The notes under the pieces: model-generated
The model's input: the letters and a program-made list of their open reading frames with translations, nothing else
The model's database searches: none
Told to the model about the DNA's origin: nothing
Translations under genes and position numbers: made by a program
Source: Candidatus Levyibacteriota bacterium
Lineage (GTDB): Bacteria; Patescibacteriota; Microgenomatia; Levybacterales; UBA12049
Assembly: GCA_016432345.1 (NCBI GenBank)
Contig: CP066685.1
Span: forward strand, 368,236-432,235
DNA: 64,000 bases
Direction of reading: 5' to 3'
Part shown: piece by piece, positions 18,246 to 25,962 of the stretch
Layout of the letters: every line of letters begins with the position of its first letter
Position numbering within the stretch: position 1 is the stretch's first letter

Positions 18246-20603
18246 ATGAAGAATAATATCTGGTTTATTGTTATTTTTTTTGTTATTGCTACAGGCATTA
18301 TCTTTCGCAGTTATTTTATCTCCGCTCAAGTGCCGTTTCCTGCGAATTTGCTAGTGCAGTTTTATCAACCGTGGGCATCTTATCCAAAGGCTGATTATAT
18401 TATTGGGCCAACTCAAAAACCACTTGGATTTGATAGCTTACGGATTTTTTATCCTACTCGAAGAATAGTTGTTGACCAATTGTCGCATGCTATAATTCCG
18501 CTTTGGAATCCTTATAGTTTTTCCGGAAATGTTTTGCATGCCACCTATCAATCTGCGGTTTTTTTCCCGCTTAGCTTTTTATTTTTTATTCTTCCCCCAA
18601 TTGATGCGTGGTCTGTTATTGTGATGCTTTCACCGATACTAACAGGAGTTTTTACCTATCTATTTTTGCAGGAATTATCTCTTGGTAAAAAGGCTAGTTT
18701 TTTTGGGGCAATCACTTACGCTTTTTGCGGAATTATGATTGTTTGGTGGGAGGAAATGTTTATGGCAGTCTATGCAATGCTTGTTTTACCTCTTGTTTGT
18801 TATTCAATTCATAGATTGTACAGAAATACAAAGCGTTTAGATTTTATAATTCTTTTTGGAGCATTGAGCAGTTCTATTTTTGCGGGTTGGTTTCAAGCAA
18901 CATTATATGTTTTTGTTTGCGGATTGTTATGGGCAATTTTTCTTTATTTTTTCTATTTTAGAAATAAAAGGAGTGCCAGACTTATTGCAATCGCATTCTT
19001 CTTATCAATTTTATTTTCTGCGGTACAACTTATTCCTGCTTTAGAAGTATATCTACATTCTTCGCGTCAATATCTAGATACTAAAGAGATATTTAACAAT
19101 TTTCTCTCACCAACATCGCAATTAATAACATTTATTGCTCCAGACTTTTTTGGTAATCCTGGAGCTTACAATTATTTTGGTAAAGGTTTTTATCACGAAA
19201 AAACGCTTTGGATTGGCATTTCGGCATTATTATTTGTGCTCTACGAATTACTTTCTCGCAAAAAAACAAAGATCGTTAGTTTTTTTCTGCTTTTGGGAGC
19301 GGCCACGTTATCGCTTGGTTTTAATCTTCCTACAACGTGGTTTTTTCTTTATACCTTGCACCCGCCATTTATTTCTGAAACAACACCGGGTAGAATCTTT
19401 TTCCTTTCCTCGTTTTGCTTTGCTGTTGCTGCTGCTTATGGCATGCAGCGGTATTTAAAAAAAGCAAGTTTTTTCCCAATGTTGTTTTCCGTAATTTGTA
19501 TAGGTATATTATTTATTTTCTCTTATGTTTTTTTATTTTCCTCATTAAAGGATAGATCTTACAGTATCGCATTGCATAATATGATTTTGCCTACAATTAT
19601 TTTTGTCTTAGCGGCAGCGGTAGTATTTGTTGGATTTTACAAAAGACTTCGCAGTGCCGCATGGATAGGTATTGTTATTATTTCACTTATCGGAATTTTT
19701 TATTTTGCCAATAAATATCTTTATTTTTCACAGAGGAGGTTTGTATTTCCTCAAAGCCCAGTTTTTTACAAATTGCAAGAAGTAGCAGGAATAGATCGTT
19801 TTTGGAGTTTTGGAAATGGTAGAATATTTAGCAATTTCTCAAACATTTATGGTTTGTATTCGGTTGAGGGATACGATTCTTTAAATATTGCTCGGTATAA
19901 TGAGTTGCTTTTTTCTTCTCACACAAAAGGTAGATTTATCAAATTTGTGCCACGAAATGATGCAACTTTGTATCCAGCAAACACCTGGAAAGATATTTAT
20001 GGCGATAATTACAGGAAGCGTTTACTTTCGCTTTTGGGCGTAAAGTATATAGCCTCTCTTCACGCGACTGATTCAGCTTCTCTATCAAACAAAACATTCC
20101 AAAGAATTTGGACAGATGGCGTGTATGATATCTCCTCTTACGAGGATGCTATTCCTCGATATTTTCTTGCAAACGAATATATTGTTGAAAAAGATAACCA
20201 AAAAATTTTAAGTTTGATATATGATAATAATTTTGATATGCTAAAAACCCTTATTTTAGAAGAAGAACCAGACTCATTTGTGGGGAATAAAAAAAACTTA
20301 GGTAAAGTAACATTGTTGTCGTATACGCCAAACAAAATTTCCTTCCAAGTAAATACAATTTTTGATGCACTGTTGTTTCTTTCTGATAATTATTATCCAG
20401 GATGGAAGTCATTTATAGATAACAAAGAAAGAAAAATATATCGGGCGGATTATAGTTTTCGATCAGTTGTTATTCCTGCTGGAACACATACTGTAACTTT
20501 TGCTTTTCAACCAAGATCTTTTTATGCAGGAGTTATTTTAACTTTAGCTGGTTTTATATTATTTTTACTTTTGCTTGTTAAAAAAGTTTGGAGAATGATA
20601 TAA
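18246..20603 (+). CDS. YfhO-family polytopic membrane glycosyltransferase, paralog A3
   Basis: The track ORF starts at 18195, inside the upstream gene. The in-frame ATG at 18246 (MKNNIWFIV) follows the upstream stop. Motifs LWNPYSFSGNVLHATYQSAVFFPLSFLFF, IAPDFFGNP, VEGYDSL and the C-terminal LSDNYYPGWKSFIDNKERKIYRADYSFRSVVIP. Confidence 0.75.
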   Translation: MKNNIWFIVIFFVIATGIIFRSYFISAQVPFPANLLVQFYQPWASYPKADYIIGPTQKPLGFDSLRIFYPTRRIVVDQLSHAIIPLWNPYSFSGNVLHATYQSAVFFPLSFLFFILPPIDAWSVIVMLSPILTGVFTYLFLQELSLGKKASFFGAITYAFCGIMIVWWEEMFMAVYAMLVLPLVCYSIHRLYRNTKRLDFIILFGALSSSIFAGWFQATLYVFVCGLLWAIFLYFFYFRNKRSARLIAIAFFLSILFSAVQLIPALEVYLHSSRQYLDTKEIFNNFLSPTSQLITFIAPDFFGNPGAYNYFGKGFYHEKTLWIGISALLFVLYELLSRKKTKIVSFFLLLGAATLSLGFNLPTTWFFLYTLHPPFISETTPGRIFFLSSFCFAVAAAYGMQRYLKKASFFPMLFSVICIGILFIFSYVFLFSSLKDRSYSIALHNMILPTIIFVLAAAVVFVGFYKRLRSAAWIGIVIISLIGIFYFANKYLYFSQRRFVFPQSPVFYKLQEVAGIDRFWSFGNGRIFSNFSNIYGLYSVEGYDSLNIARYNELLFSSHTKGRFIKFVPRNDATLYPANTWKDIYGDNYRKRLLSLLGVKYIASLHATDSASLSNKTFQRIWTDGVYDISSYEDAIPRYFLANEYIVEKDNQKILSLIYDNNFDMLKTLILEEEPDSFVGNKKNLGKVTLLSYTPNKISFQVNTIFDALLFLSDNYYPGWKSFIDNKERKIYRADYSFRSVVIPAGTHTVTFAFQPRSFYAGVILTLAGFILFLLLLVKKVWRMI

Positions 20604-20612
20604 TACAGGAAA

Positions 20613-22331
20613 ATGAGATTTATTGCTTCTGTTAAAAGAGTATCGTTTTGGAATGTTATAATTTTTGGTTTTATTGTTTTTGCATTTTTTGTAAATGCCT
20701 TGCACGAAAGCTATCCAGACGAGTTCGATAATATCTTAGGTGGTTGGTATATTTTGCAGGGAAGACTTCCTTATATTGGATTTTTTACCCATCACGGTCC
20801 TGTTCCATATTTTATTGCTTCCATAGTTGCATTATTTAGCGGAGAATCTTTTGTCCGTTTTCGTATTTTTTATGCCTTTTTTCTTCTTTTTACTTTTGGG
20901 AGTATTTATTGGATTCTCAAAAAAACTATAGGAAAAGAGCATATTTTGTTTTATCCGCTGTTTATAGCATTTGTAGGAATAGAGTCAACTTATTATTGGA
21001 TGCAAATGCTTCTGGCCGATAATATTGCTGCCATCGCTTTTTTACCAGTCTATGCAATTATTTTACTAAAGGCATTTTATAAAAAATCTATCACAATACA
21101 AGATGTTGGACTAGTTGCAATTTTTTCCTCAATTGGATTATATTCGTCACTTACATATTCGTATCTTTTTATTATCGTCTCTTTTTCTATTCTATTTCTT
21201 TATTTTAAAGAGAATGGATTTCATCGACCGTTTTTTTCGCTGCGCAATGCCCGTCCTTTTATTATTCTTGCTGTTCCTCATCTGTTATTTTTTTTGTATT
21301 TATTAATAACAGGCAGTTTGCCAGATTACTTTTATCAAAATTACGTCTTTAATACGAAATACTATATATATAACTATCCTAGATCTCCCGAGTCTTCATT
21401 TATTAACCCTGTTCGGTATGCAATTCTTATTGCTCATTGGTTTTTTGTAAATTTCTATACGCTTTTAATCGGAGTTAAAACATTTGATTTTTCATTTCCG
21501 GTAAATATGACGATGGCTATGGGAGATACGTCGCTTTTTTTATATCTCTTATTAAGGAAACGTTATAAGCTTGCTGTTTTTACCCTTTTGGTTATGGTTT
21601 TTACCAATATTCGTAGCAATCCCATTCAGTCGGGTGAAAAGGATTATCAAGCTGGCGTATATAATTTTCTTTCGTTTTTTAATATTTTCTTTGTTTTGCC
21701 AGTACTTTGTAAATCAATAAGTGATGCAAAAGAAGAAACTGGAAGAAAAGTTGGTTATGGTTTTCTTATGGTGCTGACTGCTCTGTATTTCTTTTTTGGA
21801 TTTTCACATTTGTTGTTTAAATTCAATGAAAAAACCGTCTCCAAATATATGGGAGATCAAGCTCTTATTTATGATCGCCCCCAGCTTTCGCCAATTATTA
21901 ATAGTATCTTAACAAAAGAAGAGTATGCTTGGATTGGACCTTTTGAGTTTGAAGATCTTTTTTATCTTCATACCAAAATTCCTTCCAAATACCATATTCT
22001 TATTCCAGGAGTAGCAGAATCAGATAAATTACGTAACGAGATGCTGACAGATTTTGTGAAAAACAAACCCGTTATTGTCATATTAGAAACGCGTTTTACC
22101 TACTTAGGTAATGGGATTAATAACTACGGGGTTTTCTTTTTTGATTTTCTTAATAAAAATTATATAACATTGCTTAATTATAAAAATGAGAAAATAGCTT
22201 ATCGTTCGGTTGCTCCTGTAACATCGAGGGTGGATATTGAGACAAAAATGTTTATTCGAAAAGACAAGGTTAAGGAAGTGGTTCAGAAACTGCTCCGAAA
22301 TAATTATATAAAAGAAATTAATTCAAAATGA
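20613..22331 (+). CDS. Polytopic membrane protein with a C-terminal soluble domain, possible GT-C (unclassified)
   Basis: 572 aa. AGGA lies upstream of the ATG. The first loop is HESYPDEFDNILGGWYILQGRLPYIGFFTHHGPVPYF (an acidic DE motif). Many hydrophobic helices are followed by a polar tail of about 170 aa. No family recognised. Confidence 0.4.
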   Translation: MRFIASVKRVSFWNVIIFGFIVFAFFVNALHESYPDEFDNILGGWYILQGRLPYIGFFTHHGPVPYFIASIVALFSGESFVRFRIFYAFFLLFTFGSIYWILKKTIGKEHILFYPLFIAFVGIESTYYWMQMLLADNIAAIAFLPVYAIILLKAFYKKSITIQDVGLVAIFSSIGLYSSLTYSYLFIIVSFSILFLYFKENGFHRPFFSLRNARPFIILAVPHLLFFLYLLITGSLPDYFYQNYVFNTKYYIYNYPRSPESSFINPVRYAILIAHWFFVNFYTLLIGVKTFDFSFPVNMTMAMGDTSLFLYLLLRKRYKLAVFTLLVMVFTNIRSNPIQSGEKDYQAGVYNFLSFFNIFFVLPVLCKSISDAKEETGRKVGYGFLMVLTALYFFFGFSHLLFKFNEKTVSKYMGDQALIYDRPQLSPIINSILTKEEYAWIGPFEFEDLFYLHTKIPSKYHILIPGVAESDKLRNEMLTDFVKNKPVIVILETRFTYLGNGINNYGVFFFDFLNKNYITLLNYKNEKIAYRSVAPVTSRVDIETKMFIRKDKVKEVVQKLLRNNYIKEINSK

Positions 22332-24263
22332 TCCGGTTTTGATTCTGATGGAGGTGAGTATTTGATCCACTGCCTTTTCTATTTCTTTTGCGCGGTCATT
22401 TTTTATTTGTGACGGGCTGTTTGGTAAAAGTATAGCATGGAAAATATAAGATGCGGCTAGAAATGATTCGTAAGATGTCCCGCACCAATATTTTTCTTTG
22501 GTAACGCACCTTTTTTTTTGATAATTTTTTCCCAAAGTATTCATTTTAGAAACAATAGCGTTTGTAGAGAGCGAATTATTTTGAGCGGTGTTTGTGATAT
22601 TTAAAAGAGACAATGTTACTTCATCAGAGTACACAGATATTTTTTTGGGATATTCTTCTTTTACTTGCCAATACGACGGATACTCAAAGGCAATTGGAAA
22701 CCCGCTTTTTATAAAAGCTCTTTTTAACATCTCGTCAAGATATAAGTTGTACATTTGTTGATAAATTGATCTAAAACCCGGGATATCATTTGCTTTTTGT
22801 CTAAGCAAAATCATTGTTGGCAAATTTATTTTTTGTCTAAAATAAGCTGTTAATTCAATTTGCGTTAATATATCATCAGGAGTATCTTTTAATTTTGCTT
22901 CCAGCAAAGTTAGTTTTTTTTCAGTTTCTTGTGTTGGGTATAGCATTTTGGCAAGAGATGGATTTTGTGTCATTGCCGAAGGCGGCACGAAATATGTAAT
23001 TATGATCTCTGGATAATTCTTTGAGCTTATAAAACCGGCAAGGGCTTTTTTACTATTTTTCTGGTTTTGGGAAAAAATGCCGCCATAATCACCCCTTGTT
23101 CCATTGTGAATTTTAAGAAATGAAATAAAGGCTAAATTAAAAATGCCGTAGGCGATAATAAGAGAAATAAAAAGTATGGAAAATAAAATTTTTGACAATT
23201 TAATTTTTTTTAGAAAATAAACGAATGTATAGGATAAGAAAAGGAAAAGAAGAGGAAGCGCTGTAATATAGTAGTGCATAAGCGGTTCAACCCTGAAAAA
23301 GTAATACATAATAGATACCGCAATGGTTGTATAAATAAGAAAACGAGATTTCTTGTTTTGTTTATAGAAAAGGCACATGCCAATCGGTAAAAGTAAATAT
23401 GTAAGATAAAAAAGATATCGTATGATGTAGGTAAAAGGAAATGATTGTTTAAACACTAAAAAATCTTCTGTGCCAAATACAAAATTAAAATAGCCTGTTC
23501 CTAAAATTTGCAAGTTTCGCATAAAAACTGTTGCAGATGAAACAGCGGCAACTTTTTTTGCGGCAGCAGCAATTGCAAAACAATCAGGACAGCCGTTGTG
23601 TATTTCGTAATACAAAAAAGGAAGAAGCGGCAATAACCCAAGTAAGAATCCTAAAAAAGCATATTGAAGGGAAAATGACGATCGTTTTTCCACTAACAAA
23701 AAAATAGTAAGTGGCGCAATAAAAAATAAAGTGGATTGGTGAAGCTGTATTAGCAAAAGCGATAAGAATATGTATAGCGCCCAATACTTTTTTTTATTAT
23801 CAAAAACAATTACGTGGCTGCTCCATAAAAGACCAATTAGAAATGGCATAATTAGATCAGGCGCCCAAATTTTTCGAGAAAAAAGAATAGCCCAAGGCGA
23901 GACTGCCAAAAAGACTGCCGTAATAAAACCAGTAAGCGTTCCGTAGTAGCGTTTTATAAAAAGAAAAATTAAACCGATTGTTAAAGTGTTAACAAATCCA
24001 ATAAAAAAAGTTATGCCGATTGGATTAGTCGTAAAAAAAACAATAGGGAAGAGTAAATAATTAAAAAGCGGCGGATTTGGAATGCCCACGCTTGATACGG
24101 TTCCTAAAGCCGCAAAAGGATGTCCAAATAGCGGACGGGCTGCTAAGAATACATTAAGAGCTTCGTCTACTTTAAATTCAATCAGATCAAGGTTGCTAAG
24201 GCGAAAATATCCAGCCAGGCTAACAATAGCAATAAAGATAAAAATTGTATTTCTTTTCGACAT
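22323..24263 (-). CDS. ArnT/GT39-like GT-C membrane protein with a large C-terminal soluble domain (divergent paralog)
   Basis: 646 aa on the minus strand. Motifs YFRLSNLDLIEFKVDEALNVFLAARPLFGHPF and VSPWAILFSRKIW, then about 250 polar C-terminal residues. It overlaps the 3' end of 20613..22331 by 9 nt (convergent). Confidence 0.6.
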   Translation of the reverse strand: MSKRNTIFIFIAIVSLAGYFRLSNLDLIEFKVDEALNVFLAARPLFGHPFAALGTVSSVGIPNPPLFNYLLFPIVFFTTNPIGITFFIGFVNTLTIGLIFLFIKRYYGTLTGFITAVFLAVSPWAILFSRKIWAPDLIMPFLIGLLWSSHVIVFDNKKKYWALYIFLSLLLIQLHQSTLFFIAPLTIFLLVEKRSSFSLQYAFLGFLLGLLPLLPFLYYEIHNGCPDCFAIAAAAKKVAAVSSATVFMRNLQILGTGYFNFVFGTEDFLVFKQSFPFTYIIRYLFYLTYLLLPIGMCLFYKQNKKSRFLIYTTIAVSIMYYFFRVEPLMHYYITALPLLFLFLSYTFVYFLKKIKLSKILFSILFISLIIAYGIFNLAFISFLKIHNGTRGDYGGIFSQNQKNSKKALAGFISSKNYPEIIITYFVPPSAMTQNPSLAKMLYPTQETEKKLTLLEAKLKDTPDDILTQIELTAYFRQKINLPTMILLRQKANDIPGFRSIYQQMYNLYLDEMLKRAFIKSGFPIAFEYPSYWQVKEEYPKKISVYSDEVTLSLLNITNTAQNNSLSTNAIVSKMNTLGKNYQKKRCVTKEKYWCGTSYESFLAASYIFHAILLPNSPSQIKNDRAKEIEKAVDQILTSIRIKTGSF

Positions 24264-24306
24264 ACTCTGTTTATATTATACGCTGTTTTTTTTGTATAAT
24301 AGAGGA
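24264..24306. promoter_or_regulatory. 43-bp divergent intergenic region with back-to-back -10 elements
   Basis: On the + strand, an extended -10 TGTATAAT at 24293-24300 lies exactly 6 nt before the GTG at 24307. On the - strand, TATAAT (+ coordinates 24275-24280) lies 11 nt before the ATG at 24263. A T8 tract (24286-24293) lies between them. The call is based on sequence pattern only. Confidence 0.3.
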
Positions 24307-25959
24307 GTGAGGTATTTTCTATTAGTTTGCATAATCATTTTAGCCATATTTCTTCGTTTTTTTCAGCTTGGACAAAATCCGTCATCACTCACCTGGGACG
24401 AAGTTGCATGGGGTTATAATGCCTATACTCTTGGTATAGACGGAAGAGACGAGTTTGGCCGTTTTTTACCGCTTGATTACCTTGAATCTTTTGGTGATTT
24501 TAAGCCGCCTCTTTATGCTTACCTTGTGATAATTCCTGTCAAAATATTCGGTCTTAATGAGTTTGCAGTACGTTTTCCATCTGCGTTTTTTGGCGTTTTA
24601 ACTGTATTTGCAACATATTTTTTAACTAAAGAGTTATTTAATAAATCACCTTATTCATTAAAAATTAGAAATTTGAAATTAGAAATTTCAGAAGTAGCAG
24701 CGCTGCTTTTGGCGGTTTCGCCCTGGCATGTCAATCTTTCTCGGGCGGCTTTTGAGGCAAATATTTCCACATTTTTTATTGTAGTTGGGGTTTTATTTTT
24801 CCTTTTATGGAGAAACAAAAATTATGGTTATGCATTGCCAACTTCGATAGTTTCATTTGTCCTTTCTCTTTATGTGTTTAATACTGCGCGTGTAGTTTCA
24901 CCATTGTTATTTCTTGTTTTGGCCATTGTATCATTGAAACAGTTTTGGAATCGCAAAATACAGGTAGCTATTGCAGTTATTGTTGGGGGTATAATTCTTT
25001 TTCCTCTTTTAAAATTTCTTTTTACACCTCAAGCAAGCCTTCGTTTTCAAGAAGTAAACATTTTTTCCGATATTGGGATAGTTCAGAGAGCAAATACCTA
25101 TATAGAAAATGATGGCAATACCACAATTTCAAAAATTATTCATAATCGCCGATGGGGTTATACAATTGAATTTTTACGTCATTATTTTGATCATTTTTCC
25201 GCTCGTTTCCTTTTTCTTCGAGGAGATGGAAATCCAAAATTTTCCACCCAAGATGTTGGAAGTATGTATTTATGGGACCTACCATTTTTTATTATTGGAG
25301 TACTTTTCCTTTTTCGCTATCGCCCTGGGCATTGGTGGTTAGTGCCGGTGTGGTTGCTGATAGGCATTGTTCCTGCGGCAACAGCAAGAGAAACACCACA
25401 TGCATTACGTATAGAAACGACTCTGCCAACATTTCAGATATTTGTTGCTTTTGGCATTGTTATTTTTTATCAGTGGATTTTTTCGATTAAAAATAGATTA
25501 AAAAGGAGAACAGTGATCAATGTCAGTATAGCGCTTCTCTTTTTACAAATTTTATACTATCTTCATGGATATTACATACATTATCCAAGAGAATATTCAG
25601 GCCAGTGGCAATATGGTTACAAAGAGGCAATAGCATACATACAAAATGTTGAAAAAAACTATGATGCGATTTATTTCACCGATAGTCTTGGAAGACCGCA
25701 TATATACTATGCATTTTATGCAAAAATTTATCCATCATTGTATAGAAAAGATGCAGTAGTTTGGAGAGAAATGCCTTATGGTTTTGTGCATGTAGATAAA
25801 ATAGGAAAAGTATATTTTATGAGAGATTTAATTCCAAAAGATACAAAAAAGAGAAATCTCTATATTGATGATCCAAGAAATGTTCCGTCAGACGCAAAAA
25901 TACTAAAAAATTTTAAGCTGCTTAACGGCGAAGACAGTTTAATTGCTTATACTAAATAG
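24307..25959 (+). CDS. PMT_2/GT39-type GT-C glycosyltransferase, paralog B3
   Basis: The track ORF (24082) extends 225 nt antisense into the neighbouring gene. The only plausible in-frame start after that gene is GTG 24307 (VRYFLLVCIIILAIFLRFFQLG), which gives an N-terminus the same length as the paralogs. Motifs TWDEVAWGYNAYTLGIDGRDEFGRFLPLDYLESFGDFKPPLY, VRFPSAFFGVLTV, VSPWHVNLSR and ETPHALR. Confidence 0.7.
   Translation: MRYFLLVCIIILAIFLRFFQLGQNPSSLTWDEVAWGYNAYTLGIDGRDEFGRFLPLDYLESFGDFKPPLYAYLVIIPVKIFGLNEFAVRFPSAFFGVLTVFATYFLTKELFNKSPYSLKIRNLKLEISEVAALLLAVSPWHVNLSRAAFEANISTFFIVVGVLFFLLWRNKNYGYALPTSIVSFVLSLYVFNTARVVSPLLFLVLAIVSLKQFWNRKIQVAIAVIVGGIILFPLLKFLFTPQASLRFQEVNIFSDIGIVQRANTYIENDGNTTISKIIHNRRWGYTIEFLRHYFDHFSARFLFLRGDGNPKFSTQDVGSMYLWDLPFFIIGVLFLFRYRPGHWWLVPVWLLIGIVPAATARETPHALRIETTLPTFQIFVAFGIVIFYQWIFSIKNRLKRRTVINVSIALLFLQILYYLHGYYIHYPREYSGQWQYGYKEAIAYIQNVEKNYDAIYFTDSLGRPHIYYAFYAKIYPSLYRKDAVVWREMPYGFVHVDKIGKVYFMRDLIPKDTKKRNLYIDDPRNVPSDAKILKNFKLLNGEDSLIAYTK
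24662..24689 (+). repeat. Imperfect heptamer array (AAATTAG AAATTTG AAATTAG AAATTTC), equivalent to a 14-mer x2, in GT39 paralog B3
   Basis: Read directly. It encodes KIRNLKLEI. It lies at the same loop as the perfect AAATTGG array of paralog B4. Confidence 0.85.
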
Positions 25960-25962
25960 CTC

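Noticed and set aside
24277-24290. A 14-nt match, TATACGCTGTTTTT, between the divergent promoter region and the 3' edge of the CTATACG tract at 900-913.
   Set aside because: It is a single copy of the heptamer followed by a T-run. The match could be chance in T-rich sequence. There is no evidence of a binding site or a recombination junction, so it is noted only as a curiosity.
24082-24306. The 5' extension of the track ORF 24082..25959 (MPTLDTVPKAAKG...).
   Set aside because: The extension runs antisense through the start region of the minus-strand gene 22323..24263 and is polar and unlike the paralog N-termini. The paralogs begin about 15-20 residues before the RF[FY]xLG motif, which fits GTG 24307.
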